A stretch of DNA of 64,000 nt from Lama glama (GCA_028534125.1 CM052817.1:67272001-67336000), one strand, 5' to 3'. Shown: positions 25,601 to 39,759, numbered from the stretch's first letter. Made by a program: numbers and translations. The notes: generated by a model from the letters alone, not told the origin.

Positions 25601-28600
25601 ATTTCTAAAGATAATCTAAAATTTTATCATTGCCTCCAGATAGGTTGGAGGCCACAAAGAATTGGTTTTGGGTTCAATTGTATAATTGCTTCGTTTGAAT
25701 TTTAATAGGTTGAGAAGTAAATCACTATATGTTTTGCAATGCCTAAGAAAAACTCTCTTTTCCCTTAAACTATAAACTAACATAAACACCAACAACACCT
25801 TTTACAGACGGGAGAGGTAAAATGAAAGTGGTAAGATTAAAGTTAAAGGTAAAAATTAAAGTATTTAATTTTTAAGTAATTAATTAATTTCACTCTATAA
25901 AGATAGTTTCACTTCATCAGTTTGAGTGCCAATTCACTGAAATCAGGAAATAGGTGGAATTTTAATCTATAAGTCATATAAGTTTAAAAAACCAGTTTTT
26001 AATATTTAACTTGGAATTATAGGATTTCATCCTTTACCCAAGTAATGTTTAATTGAAGTACACGGAAGGAAGTTGGCCTATGAGGAACCATAAAATCTCC
26101 ACTGTGTTTTGCTGTATGGTTTTTTTCTTCCTCTGGGTTATAAAAGGGCAGGACTAGAAAAATCCCTTGTTTCCTGTTCATTTAACAAACATATTCACCT
26201 ACAAAATGACTCCCTCCCCTGTCTCTCCCATTTGCGTTTCCCAAGGCTGCAGAGTTCACGCACACGTGCATCAACACCTGAGAGTGACAGGGCTGATGTG
26301 TGTCTTCTTGTGGATGCAGCGCTCATGGTCATGAGGGAATGGATGTGTAATGCCGTGCTGATACCAGCCAAGTAATATAATGTGGTGCCGTTAGGAACAT
26401 CATTCATAGTTGATGAACACATACCTTTTCTAGTGAAACACATACATTTCAGAAAGAAATGCATAGATCATTTACTGAAGCACATTTATTATAGCAAAAT
26501 GTGTACCTCAACTAATGAAACACATAGATCATAGAGTAAAATGATTATCCTTATATCAGGCAGATTTAACCATTTATGGATGTTTTAGGGACCAGCCAGT
26601 TTGGGTTAGCAGGCCAGAGCTGAATTTACAAACAACAACCTCAACATTTTTCTGGATTAACTCTTTATTATCATCATAATTATTTTGTATGTCACTTGCT
26701 TTTCAAAACAAAGGCGTGCTTTGTGTCTTTAGTGCTACTGTTTCTTCTACAATTACTTATGCACAGTTAACAGGATATTTATCTTTTAACATCCTTACCA
26801 GTGTGTTAACCAGTACTCAACGTGAGTAACAGTGAGAAACTGAAATACGGTGTTTAGGGAAGGCAGGGGGTGTTTGGGGTGCCAATTTATTGCTTCCCTT
26901 CAAATAAAATTTAGCACTTGGATTTTGACACAATTGTATTCCGGGACCAGCAGCACATCTTGACACAATCTACCTTTATCTGCAGTAACAAATGCCAAGA
27001 AAAGCCAGAAATAGGATGTGAGTCAGTGCCCCTGCTCCTCCAGGGTCAGCAGTAAACTATCAATTCCCACTGTATAAATTCAGTTAGCTCTGGCTCTCTA
27101 TTGCCCTGAGGAACAGAGTGGGTCAAACACTTTGTTTATGGCTAAGGAATCCCTCAGTACACCAAGCTTTGACCATAACCCTAACTCACCAGAGCTGGAA
27201 AGGGATGTGAATTCCAGCCTTTTGCTTTAGCAAGAACATAATTCACACAGATGGACGTTGCGCTGAGAAACTTTGTGAGATTGATCTGATTTGTATCATT
27301 GTCCTGTATTGTGTGTGAAAGTCTGTCTTAGCCTGAGCTTCTCTCAAAGCCTTGCAGAATGGCTGCTATCAGCTTTTGACTTTCTTTTAAAAGGCAAAGC
27401 TAAGTTAAAGAATTCTCTTCTCCATTTTGCTTCTCTTTCATCCTATTAATACATGTGTGAACAAAAGTACAGAGAAGTAAAGGGGGGGAAAACAAAGTCA
27501 AATGTGAAAAATGATTCCCAAAGGAAGGTAAGCAAAGTCTTTCCCTATGCATAACATAAAATAAATGTTTTTGTTCTTCATTATTTAATTCAATGAATCA
27601 ATCCAAATTTCAATTGCTTATCTACATTCCGAGCGAGTAGATCTTAATTTCATCTCTTCTCTCTTTTTAGGATCTTCTCCTTGAGATTCAAGACATTCTT
27701 CATCTTAGGATGAGACATTGCCCTTCTGATTTTTGTAGCTGACTTTGGAACTGCTGTTCTTTCCAACTTCAACTTGAAAACTTGGCTACGGATGTTCATT
27801 ATATTTGAAAGTTTATATTTTCAAATGTACTCATGACACATCATCATTCAATCTTGCATTTGTTGTTTGTTTACTCCCCTTCCGTCACGTTGTACAATGC
27901 TGATTCCTTGGGTACAGGAGGTAGAGGAGATAAAATTGGATTAAATGGAGTATCGACACAATGCACAGTGGGTTTCTCACTGAGTTACTCCACTTTTCCT
28001 TAAGTTATAGGAGTTCATTTCATTATTCAGTGAACCCTCTAGTGACCCTGGGATTTCACTATATAATTTATGTTTCCTGATACAATTCAACAGTGTAATC
28101 TTATGATTTATGTGCTTCATTTATAATTTGATCATCTCAGTATAATGCATGTTTTTCTACATGATTTATGTACTTTATCCCATAATATATGTGTTTCCCT
28201 GTATGATATATGTATTCATCAGCCATGTATTACGGCCCTGGTGGCACATTCCTAGAAAAGGAGGTAGAATACCCCAGCCTGAGGGTAAGTCCTGAGGTTA
28301 ATTGCAATCAATTCACCTTCCACACAATTACACTTTCATCCACAGAAGCTTGTGAAGTGAGCATGCTTAATGTGACAGCAGCAGGGAGGCAAGTGTGCCA
28401 GTTTCTTTTTTCCCTAGATCCAAGAAAAAGCAAATTCCAGCAGCAGATCAGGGAATCAGAGCCCCACACTTCAGTTTTCGCTAAAAAAAAAATTTCAGGT
28501 GTTATTAATCACATGTCCATCTCTCTGATATAACCTGATGGAAGCTGTAACAAACACATATTTACAGAAAGACTGGCAACAAATAAATTTTCATTTCAAA

Positions 28601-28769
28601 TAATCAGGTTTTAAAAAAAATTATTTAAGAATTGTCTTGAGGTAACTCATAGAAAACTCTCCACAAAACATTCTTTCAAAAGAATTTTCATTAAGCTCAT
28701 TTGTTCAGCAAACATCTTTGATTTCTATGTCAGGCTTCATTTTCTGAAGCCTTCTTCTCTTTCACATGA

Positions 28770-29560
28770 CTCATCCGCTCGTTTATTCAACAAATATGTA
28801 TTAAGCACTTTCTTTGTTCCAGGTGAATATAAAACAGATTAAAAGACTTGCCTTCATAAAGTTTGCTCTTTATGGTGGGGATGGACAGTAAGCAAGATGA
28901 GTAAGCAAAGCAAATATAATAGTTTAGAATACGGGAGGTGCCGTGCAATAAAATAAAGCATGGAAGGAAGGAAAATGAGAATGCCTTGTTGGGGTGGGAG
29001 TATTTTTAAATTACGTAAACTATTTGATAAAGCATTTGGACAAAGACGGGAAGAAGCGAGGAGATCCCTGTTTGTATATCTAAGGGAAGAGTACCTGCAC
29101 AGAGGAGGCCATGAGCTTGAAATGCACCTGGTAGGGCCTGGAAAGAATGAGGAAGTCAGAGTGACTGTAAGAGGCTGAGCAAGGGACAAAGTGGAGGAAG
29201 ATGAGCACAGGCAGTGGGTAGTTAACCAACAGATCACACAGGATCTCATAGACCATTATACGCATTTTGGATTTTACTCTGATCCAAGATGGGGGATCAG
29301 GAAGGGAAACAGGAATAGCACAAGCTGACTTCTGTTTTGAAAGGATTTCTCTGGGCACCATACAGCCCTGTCTGCAGGCAAGGAAAGAAGGCGGGACCTA
29401 AGGAGAGCAGTTAGTGGCGACTCTGATAGTCCAGGCTATAGACGACAGTGAATTGGTTTAGGGTGATGGCAGTGAAGACAGTGCAGGTGATCAGAGTCTA
29501 GATAATTTTTCAAGTTAGGCTAACAGAATTTTCTGAGTGTTAGATACAGAGAGCGAAAGA
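28770..29560 (-). mobile_element. L2 (L2a-like) 3' fragment
   Basis: ttattcaacaaatatgtattaagcac..tttggattttactctga..aggatttctctggg..tagtccaggc. Confidence 0.85.
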
Positions 29561-31197
29561 GAGAAGGCAACTTATTTACAAGCAAATAAAGGATCAAAGC
29601 AAATACTTGTGTATTTGTGGATATATTTGCTTCACTTTAAAAACAAATAAATGAGAAATGTACTACATGGTTATTCACATGGAAAGTGATATTGATGACT
29701 AAAGTCATTTGGGTTCATCTTTTCTTGATACATATTCACACCATCTAAGTCATTTTTATATCTTTGTTCAATGAGCATCAAATGTTTTACCTTTCAGTCT
29801 GATTTACTCTCCAAATAGGTTAATTTTTTTAATTTTGTGGTTATTTCTAGTTCAAGAATACAAGTAAAGAAAAATAAAATGGATAAAAATGAAAGTGTCT
29901 GTAGTTATTGTGATAATTTGGCAAAACAAAATTATTTGAAATAATTCTGTCCATATATTGTGCTTTTATTTTATCAAGACATACCTCAAAGAGCAATAAC
30001 CTACAATATGAGTAAGATTACATTCTATTCCACAATGACAGAGAAATAAGTAAAAAGCATATAAGGGTAACTGTGTCAATTTTTTCTGCTTAAAGTAGAA
30101 TGATATTTACTTAAAAATTAAAATATTTCAATATATTTGTATACAGATACTTTTAAAACAAGTTACATTTATTTTTTGGCCAAGAAATAAACCAGAACTA
30201 ATGATATATAATTTAATATTTTCATCTAAGTTGAATCTATTTTCAAGCCAATTATAAATTCCACTAATGTTACTATCGCTTCCTAAACCCTAAAGATACT
30301 ATAAAAATTAAGTATTTCCTCAGTCTGAAAAAGTTAACTCTATAAATGTTTCAAATTTGGACTTCAAATATAATCTTCTATTGTCTGAAAAGGCTATAAT
30401 CATCAGTTTAGTCTCCATGAACAAGTTTGGGGACAAGGAAGGATAAGAAAAATCTTGGCCAGTGATTCACTAAAGTTACAAGATTAAACAGAACATGTCT
30501 TGACTAAGACAATCACTTTTCTCAGAAACAACTTTTGAAAAATAAAGTTACTAATCATTGTTTTTAGAGGTATTCTTTTAAAATATTGATTCAAATAAAT
30601 CAATTTTCACATATTTCTAATGATGGGAGCAGATTTCTTAAAATCATTTGGGTTGCGTATTTTGAAAGTAAAAAGTATTATTAATAGGATTCCAAAAATA
30701 CTTCCCAATGTTTAAATAAAATATTATTCACATCCAATTATGAGCTACCCAAAGGATGATTACCATTTAAAAATAATTATTAAAGACACATTAATTAGCA
30801 TGTTAAAAGTGAAATAACAGACAACAACTAAAAATATATTAAAATTCTTATTATTTCTTTGTTTCCTTTTACTGCCCAACATAAAAGTGGGCTTTAATGT
30901 AATTTGAAAAGATCGTTTTATAACTTTTGTATTTATGTGTAGAACTATTCCAGCTAAGGTTGTGAGTATTCTCAGCTTTGCTGGATTTGAGTGCATAATT
31001 TCTGAGGTTCAGACCCCACTCTGCCTGTTTCACACGACCTGAGTTACACCATTAACCTCTCTGCTTTTTCACTTGTAAAATAACAAACAAACAAACCCAT
31101 AAAATGTGCCTATATGGACAAGGAGTGGTTTAATGGAAAATCCCTGTGCTTCTTCACTGAGTAAATCTAAAAAGAAAAAGGTCAAGACATCCAAGTT

Positions 31198-31655
31198 TCC
31201 ATTCAACAAATATAATCTGAGCACTTACTGTTTACTAATTACCATGTTAATTTTTCAAGGGGTTCAAAAGAGAGTAAGAGCCCCTCACTCATAAATGATT
31301 CATGTTCTGGGTTTAGTCACTTTAAGGTAGTGTGTTAGGAGCTATGACGAATGAATAGGGGGCTGGGAAGCATGAAATAAAGGCAACTAACCAGCTTGAT
31401 CATGTGGGAGTGCAAAGAAGACGCCAGCGTACTTCCTGGAAACAGTGGCACGTGACGGAGACATAAAGATGCTAAGGGCCAATTTAGAAGAAAGAAAGTG
31501 GCGAGGGGTAGGCTTTCTAGTAAAGGAAATTCAAAGGAGCAAAGGCCCAGAGGTAACTAAAATGTTTGAATTTTACGTGCCTAAAGGGTGAACAGTTAGG
31601 AATTAACCTGGAAAGGTAAACACATCAAATTCCAGAGGATTTGGATTTTATCCTA
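31198..31655 (-). mobile_element. L2 3' fragment
   Basis: tccattcaacaaatataatctgagcacttact..gcaaaggcccagagg..tttggattttatcct. Confidence 0.7.
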
Positions 31656-32429
31656 TGGGCGGGAGCTCTCCCTGACCTGGGCTGGGACCCACAAGTGAGC
31701 TGTGAATGGGGCTACACCTGTGGTTCTTTGAGCTTCCAGGTGAGTAGAGGGACCCAAGTGAGCCAGATCCCAGGCTTGTGTCACCTCAGACCTTGAACTG
31801 CTGTGCCCGTTTTTCTCACAATGCCCTATAAAAATGACCATTTCTGTGAAGCCATGGCTTGAAAAGTTTAGAGAGTCTCTCCTAGGCAATAGTAGGCCTT
31901 AAACAGTTTCTGCCAAGAGGCAGTTTGTTTTAACCAGATCTGCTGCTCAGAGAGGCACTCTCCCCACTAACAGAGGACTGAATTCCTCCCTGTTGTTGGA
32001 GGAAACACTAAGGCAGCAGAACCCAAAGGCTGTCTGAGGACTCAGCCTGCGCCTGGGGACCACGGGGCTGGGTGGTCACATGGCCATCTCGGGTAATGAA
32101 GAAAGCTGGCAGCCGCAATGCCACAGAGAACACGGGAAGGAAGGAAAGCTTCAATGGTAATGCCTTCGATAAAAACTGGGTATTTAAAGGGAACTTTAAA
32201 TAAATGCATCTGCTAAGGGATAGGAATGAGGGGGCTGAAGGAACAGAGCACCCCAGCACAGATCAGCATGTGACACTCGAGGAGGCCCCGTATATAACTC
32301 AGAGAGCTTAGCAAAAGGAGAAACCCAGACAAGCCAGAACCCCACCTCTCAGATCTCCCAAAGGATTTCTCCAGCTCTCTGGTGATGAGAAACCATGCAC
32401 GCATTTATATTGTACTTAATTGTTAGTTA

Positions 32430-32690
32430 ACAAACACTTTTACAGTATTTACAAGGTTCTGAGAGCTGTTCTGTTTTTCACAAATGTATTTACACCTCAC
32501 AACAACCCAGTGAGATGGGGGTCAACAGAGTCTACAATTACCTTCATTTAACAAATGAAGAAACTGGGGTTTAAAGGGCTTAATGGAAGTTCCAAGATCA
32601 CACTGCTATAAATCATGAAGTGTTACAGTCAAGATTCTACTCCAATTTGTTGGGCTTCAGGATCTGTGACCTTAACAACTGTGCTATACT
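32430..32690 (-). mobile_element. MIR SINE
   Basis: cctcacaacaacccagtgag..acaaatgaagaaactgggg..ccaagatcacac. Confidence 0.8.
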
Positions 32691-32849
32691 GTCTCACAGA
32701 ACTCCACCGACCACAATTTGTGATGAAAATATAACATATCATAACATAGCATCATGACATAACACTATAAATATTATATAATTTGACATGCATACATCAA
32801 GGAGAACAAAGTCTGTAAAGCTCTCATTTCCTGGTGTTGATTCCATCTT

Positions 32850-33447
32850 CTTGTTCCTCAAAATCCACTTCCACATAGCAATAGAGAAAGCTTCCTAAAA
32901 TTAATAATAATAATAATAATATAGATCATGCATTACCTTGCGTGACATCCTTCAGAGGCTTCCCATTGCTCTTAAACTAAAATCCACAGTTGCTACCATG
33001 GTTTATAAGATAATGTGCCCATGCCAACCTCTACCTCCTGGGGTCATACTCTCTTCCTTTATACTCAGGGAACTCCAATTCACTTGTTTTCCTTCTACTC
33101 CGGCCTCTTTGGTGAGTGACTCCCCATCTTTCAGATCGCACCTCTAACGCCTTCCGTAGAGGACTCTTTGCTGACCACCTTTTTCAAGGCAAGTCCCGTC
33201 CAGACTCCTTGTGATGTCATCTCGTTTCATTGCCTTCAAACTATCTGTCATTCTCTGAGACAACCTCTTTTAAAAATGTGCTTACTTTTATAATTATTCA
33301 TCTCCCATGGCCACAGGAGAACGGTAAAACAATGAAAGCAGACACTTCTCACACTGTTCACTTAGACTTGAGGCCTACCGATATCTAAAGCAGTGTGACA
33401 TTCCCCAGACAATTGGTGCTCTGTACTTTCTGAATAAATAAATGAAT
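32850..33447 (+). mobile_element. L2 3' fragment
   Basis: ccttcagaggcttcccattgctctta; ends tgaataaataaatgaat. Confidence 0.75.
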
Positions 33448-33584
33448 CGAAGACCCAAGAAAAAAGATTAGCTAAAAGCTTCCATTCAATCAATGATAAA
33501 ATTCTGTTTACCTTCTGAGGAAAAGTCACTCTAATGGCTAGCTTAAAATGGATGATTTATGAAATTTCCTAATCTTTAGAGAAT

Positions 33585-33830
33585 CAATATAATGCACAGA
33601 ACTTTGAAGCCAACCAGACCTGCTTTGAAGCCTGACATTTTTACTCATAAGCTTTACAAACTTGGGTAAATTATCTAATCTAGTTATGCCACAGTTTCCT
33701 CAAATTTCAAATTAGAATACTTAAAGTACTTTCACATAGAACCATGTGAAGACTAAATAAAATCACGTGTATAAAACTCTTACCATAGAACCTGGGACTC
33801 AGTCAAGGTTAACTATTATTATTAGCATTA
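33585..33830 (+). mobile_element. MIR SINE
   Basis: actttgaagcc..cttgggtaaattatctaatc..cagtttcctca..tgtgaagactaaat. Confidence 0.75.
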
Positions 33831-33973
33831 TAAAGAAATTAAAGTTAAAAATCTCTCTTTTCACATTGAATTAATGGATAATAAATTCATAGCCAGCAAC
33901 TGAAAATTTCAAAATAAAGATGAATATAAAACTTAATCATTCATTAATTTGTCTAAAACTTTTTAATTTAACA

Positions 33974-34074
33974 TTTTGTTTAAGATAACAGGATAAAAGG
34001 GTGTTTTGTCACACTGTCACTTGTTTTTGGTTAAGATAACTGGGTAAAAAAGTTTTTTGCCATGCTATCACTTG
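33974..34074. repeat. Imperfect ~51-bp tandem duplication (2 copies)
   Basis: ttttgtttaagataacaggataaaagggtgttttgtcacactgtcacttg versus ttttggttaagataactgggtaaaaaagttttttgccatgctatcacttg. Confidence 0.85.
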
Positions 34075-35214
34075 ACAACTTCCCTGAAAATATGGGAGTA
34101 GAAAATAATTGCTCAGAATTTCAAATAATGAGAATTAGATTCTAACCAGATCATTTTTTGGACAAAGTCAGAATGAGAATAGCAAATGAATTTGATTTTT
34201 ATATTCAGTTGAATTTTATGTATATGAGAATAAATATGTAAAAATTAACCAACATTTTATTTTGGCAGAAATGATGAAATCCTTCCTATAAAAATATTCA
34301 ACATATTCCTATTTAACATATTCAATGCACAGCAGTACATATAAAAATATAAAAAAATCAAAAGGCACACACAATACATAACAGCAATGTCACACAACCC
34401 ATATCTGTCAGTCTAATGGTAACTGTATGCACGGCATTGTTATGGTGAGACTGCAGTTACGTAAAAGGGGTACAAACTTAGTCACCCTCTTGAGTAAAGT
34501 ATTTGGCTATTTTAATAATAAGACACACACACTGGTCACCCTACAGAAAGCCTAGAAATTACGCTTCTATGATCAATAGCCAGTAGCCTTGGAGATTCAT
34601 TTCTAATTTGTCACCCAATGTTTGTATCCTTCCCCAATCCCACCAACGCCTCACTGAACAGTTATCTAATTATAATAAGGATAGAATTTTGTCTAACAAT
34701 TTCCACTACTCCCTCTTTCAGTTGGGACTCAATTGCCACCCGGCTTCCCCCCATCTAGACTTCAAGAAAAAAAAAACAAACAGTTTTTAGTTAATTTCTT
34801 CCCAAACTAGAATTTTAGAGGATTGCAAGAAGAAAATCTCAGAGTATTGAACATCAAATATACATTGATTGACTGAGAGTCTTGCCAGCTCTTTTTAAAA
34901 GAAACAAATGCTGGAAACTATTCACATTTTCAATAAAGACAATAACAGTAAGTGTAATTCTTACGAGACCATACTTAGGAAACTCATCAAAACAAAATAT
35001 CCAGGCCCTGTAACAAAACAACCAATTTTACTAGAATTACAAAGGGTACTCTATAAGTATTTCCAAGCAGGACATTTTTAGAATAAGTTGATTTCAAAAC
35101 TGAAATGGTTTAGAGCGAACTTTACACTTCCTTCTGGTTATTAATCTCTTTTGGAAAAACCATGACAGAAGAGTGAGGAGGCTGGTCCTGTTTCTGTAGC
35201 ACAAAATTCCAACG

Positions 35215-35233
35215 GTCCTTCTAGGAGGCGCCA
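35215..35233 (+). promoter_or_regulatory. Possible CTCF motif
   Basis: cttctaggaggcgcc versus core CCASYAGRKGGCRS; CpG retained. Confidence 0.35.
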
Positions 35234-35639
35234 TAGTGAATGAACACATGGAGTCACCAGCTATTGTAAACATTTTCCACCTGAAGAACCTTATCTTCCA
35301 CTGGTGCCTTGGCTTTGGGATGCATAATCTCGTTCCTGGCAAGATAAACTGCTACTCAGGGGCAATCTTCCCACATGGCCATCTTTCTTTCCAAGTTAAA
35401 ATCCCCAAATCTCATTAAAAAGTTCTTTAAAAAAGAGAGAGAGAGAAAATTGCCTATTTTTGACTTCTCCCAGAAAAGAAGCAAACTGGGAAGAAAAAAA
35501 AATTGTGGCAAATTAGTCTGGAAGATTACAGTTATCAAACCAACTATGAAGAATCCCAATTATAAAGCCTGCTTTGCAGCTCCTTCTGGACTTTCTATAT
35601 ACTGGCGTCTCTGTGGAGCTTAATAAGTCTAAAAGCATC

Positions 35640-36200
35640 TAGATTTTCTTTCATTGATCAGACGGCCCTCTTTTCCTTTCCACTTTTCATCTGATTAGAA
35701 GTGAACGTGAAAAAGCAGGTTTGTTGAGGCAGCCCAGGAAGGGAAAAAAAAATGTAAAAGGCCCAAGCAAACAAACTGTTAAACTGTAAGCAACGATATA
35801 CAACACTGCTCTCTTTACACGAGGCTTGGGAGGAATTTTACTGAACTGTCTGTGAAAGAGCTATGTAAAGCTCGGGGATTGAGGGAGTTGAAGTGAGAAG
35901 GCACAAAACTGCAGTGCTTCCCAGAGTGGTCGAGCTCAGCTCCGGCCCCCAAGGCGCCTCCCCTTCCCCTCCCCCGTCCTCCTCTAATGAGAACACATTA
36001 AGCCTTTCTCAATGCCCTGATGTGCTCTTACGCTGCAGAATCCTTGCATTGCAATGCACAATGCAGTCCAAGGATTTCTAACATTATAAAGAGAGAGAAA
36101 ATGCTTTCTAGACAGCTCATCCAGCCCCTCCCCGGCGCTCAGCAGGGATTTAAGTGTGTCTACTTCGGCTGAAAGTAAATGCATATTTTTGCCCTCAACT
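35640..36200. promoter_or_regulatory. GC/CpG-enriched candidate cis-regulatory element
   Basis: Local CpG excess, C-tracts at 35946-35975, ctaatgagaacacattaag, gggattta, palindrome tgcattgcaatgca. Confidence 0.5.
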
Positions 36201-38087
36201 AAAAGGGACTTTTTCCCTGTTTCCTGCTCACAAAGGCGTCTGTATATTCTCTCTGCATCTTACTCTTACACTGTGGACATTGTCAGAATTTGGAATTGTA
36301 GACCACACACACATAGTTTACGCACTTAGTTTACAATACCTCCACATTTTATTTCCTCACACACATTGCCCATTATTTTTAAGCTCTTCGTGTAGATAAA
36401 GGAAATATTTAACCCAGCTAGGAAGGCTAGAAGCCCAAATTAATTTTAGGAATAATTTGGTCACTCAATTTAATTTCTATTTTATTTTTATACCCTCTTA
36501 ACTATGTAGGGATCGAGTATTACATTTTCCAAAAAAAAAAAATCCAAAAATTTCTTATCACCAGGCTTCTTTTGACTGAGTCGAGGATTTCCTATAAATA
36601 ATTAAAATTAAGGTGCCTGTTTCTTCAGGATTTCCAAGATTATATAGCGTATTCAGTGAATAAAAACTCTGAATTCTCTCCCTATGGGAAAATGCTTTGC
36701 AAACACCTGCATTCTGCTGAAGTTAAGCTCAAGGACAGTTTGTAAATTACCAAGCAGGCGCTAAAAATGATGACCAGCAGGATGAAGCCTCCGGTCTGAC
36801 CAGGGGTTAAATGCTGATGGGAAACCAAACCAGCTTCACAAGCCCTGCGAGTGGCGTTGGTCCCTCCCCTGTTGGCAGAGTTTCGTCAACATGTATAAGA
36901 AAAATAAATGCAACACGATGGTGGCTTTAACATAGGAGGACGTTTTCCTCATCTGGTGGAGGGAGGATGCATTAAGGTTTGTAGTGTTAGTTCTCTTAGG
37001 TGATTCTTCTGTTGAGGTCGTTGTTGTTACTAGACATTTAACGGGTAACATGGCCCATAAGTGATTCATCTACTAAAACAGGCTCAGAGCTGCAAGTAGA
37101 AGAAGGATAATGTTCGATTTTTAAACTTTCATCAGGACGGATAGCAGGGTTGGTGCCAGATGGGATTAAATGACAGAGAGCTACATGGTGTGGGCTCCGG
37201 GTGCAAAATGGAATGTAAATTGTTCACTGACACCTGGCCAGTGGAACTCCAGTCAAATTCAGGAAATCGACCATCAAGACTTGCCCTTTCCCTGCCCTTA
37301 CTAACATGAGCTTGTTTCTGAGAGGGGAAAATATGCCTCCCCCACTTCCGGCGGCAAAAATGAACAGCTTCACCAGTTTCAGACTGTCTACCTAACACAG
37401 ATCAGCTCAGAAAGAAGGAGTCGAGCAGTGTTGGGCACTTTAGAGACTTACTTTTTTTTGTTTTGTTGTGTTTTTGCTTTTTGCCAATTATGTTTTGGTC
37501 TCTGTCCCCCAGGTATAGCATCTATCTAATATAATTTATTCAAGTCAGCTAATATTTATTGACTAACATCTATGTACAAGGAAGTCAAGAAATGTGCTGA
37601 CAACTGGGAAAGATAGGTGATATTATAGTCAAGGTCTCCTTGCTATCTGTTATACAAGGATTTTACCCAGTGCCATGATAAAGGGGTTTGCTCGCACACA
37701 GTTCCCTGGCTTTCTTGATAGATTTGCACCTAGTCCTCCATGTGTCCTTGCTTACTACAGGCTTATTAGAGGCTCCTAGGTTCAGGATGGCCCATTTCTC
37801 CTTTTCTAACCAGAAAGCATCTCCCCCAACCAAAGAGCATGCACAGACCCTGACTGTCATTTATTATAGAAGTTGGTACCACAGACAAACACATCCCAAA
37901 GAAGGAAGTGGGAGACTTGACCAAGATCTTTGGTGGAAAAGATCCTGCCACCATGGTACAGTTGCAACTGAATTTGATGACTCAGCATCTTATAATACTT
38001 AACCTATTCTCTGGGAAGACTTGATCAAAGACGTGATTCAATCTTTGCTGAAAATCAAGTCTATCTTGGACATTTATTGAATTGATT

Positions 38088-38119
38088 GCCATGTATCCTA
38101 TCAGCCATGTATCCTATCA
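38088..38119. repeat. Perfect 16-bp tandem duplication
   Basis: gccatgtatcctatca twice. Confidence 0.95.
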
Positions 38120-39759
38120 TCAGCTCCTGGAAACATGACTGATTATACCAGACATTCTGTTTGGTTACATAGCAATTTAAAACTAAGTTCATGAGAGTGA
38201 ACACACACATACACATACTCTCCTCTAATGGAAGGAACTGACTTCTACAGAGTTCCATTCTGCTGGTTTTGCCAACTAGTTAGCTGATCCAGCTCCCTCT
38301 AATTTTCTGTACCTGCCTCCTATAACCTGCATGCTATGGTACAGATTATTCAGAATCCAGATACTTCTTAATCCTGTCACTTCTCTAGTTGCTGAGATGA
38401 ACTCTTGTTTGGTCTAATTTTCAGTGTACTTGTAATTCCAAGAAGAAGCCAAAATAGCAAAATATGTGGGGCTAGCCCCGTGTGTGTTTTAAGTCTGGTT
38501 TTAAGGCAGCCAAGCATTTCTGATGGGGGCATTGGCCCAGAGCAGACTTTTACTTTAAAAATTATGTTTGAGATTTTATGTCTCTTTTTTTCTCCTTCTC
38601 CAAACTTAATGGCTCCCTTTTATTGATTTGCACTCAGCTTCAAGATATTAGCAAATAAAATAAAAGTTAACATATATTACCAGAGCCAGTCCTGAAAAGC
38701 TAATCTGAAAGTTTGACATATTTTAGTTAGATAATCTGACAGGCAAAATTCCAAGTCTTGACTGGATACTTTAATTACTCCTTATTGGTAAAACAAATCT
38801 TTATTAATAAAACCAAACTCAGATTCATCTTTTCCATATAATTATTGTTGTATTTTCAAGGATAGATCTTGATTGCTTATCCCTACACTGTCTTCTTATT
38901 TTCTTTTCCCAATCTTTTGTGCTTATTTGGGATGCCAGGGGTAATAAGTCGGATTCAAAAGATGTAGTTATTGTTTCTGATTATTGGTAATCATGGGAAC
39001 TTTTTATAGAACACCTAACATTCAAATGCAGTCTAGAGGAAGACAATAAGTCTTTGTGTCTGTTGAGTGAAACCTCCTATTTCCCTTTGTTGTCTGAATG
39101 TATTTTACCCTTCTGTCAAAGTGTGTCCACTCTAACCTTTCCTTTTGCACTGCTGGCATCTCTCCAGTCTCCAAAATGCCTGTTTGACTCTCCTCTGATA
39201 CCTTTATCTGATACAGTCACAGCACTTCTTTGCATAATGAGCAGGCATTCCCTACTCATTAGAAAGGTAATTTTAAAAAAATGTTTAGATTTTGGTTTTC
39301 ATGGACGTAACAGTATAAATGCAACTTCTGCTCAATGAAGCCCTGGCGTCAGAGGCGGGGGAGGGGAGGGATGGTTTCTTTAATAAGAACCAGTTTTGCA
39401 TATATCTGAAAACTGGAGATACGGGTTTGTGATTTTTTTTCCCCTCCCCTACGAAGAGAAATCTTTAAATAAAGATGTCTTCATCTGAACTGACCACCGT
39501 TTATAAAAGCAGATCTGGTTGGGGCTCTGCTGCTTATGCTAAAGGAACATTCCTCCCCATTACAATGGCATTTGCACATTTATAGGAGGAATAAAGAAAA
39601 AGATGCACGGTACATGTGAAGAAGCCTTCTCTCTGCCATCCAGAGAAAGAAGAACTAAAAGGATTATAAAAGTTCAGATTAAAATGATATAAAATCTAGC
39701 ATTTGGCTCCAACACTAGTGCCTTGGTCCTCTGAAGCTAATCTGTATGCACTCTGTGAC

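Noticed and set aside
28854..29361. Overlapping 72-131 aa ORFs
   Set aside because: They lie within an L2 fragment.
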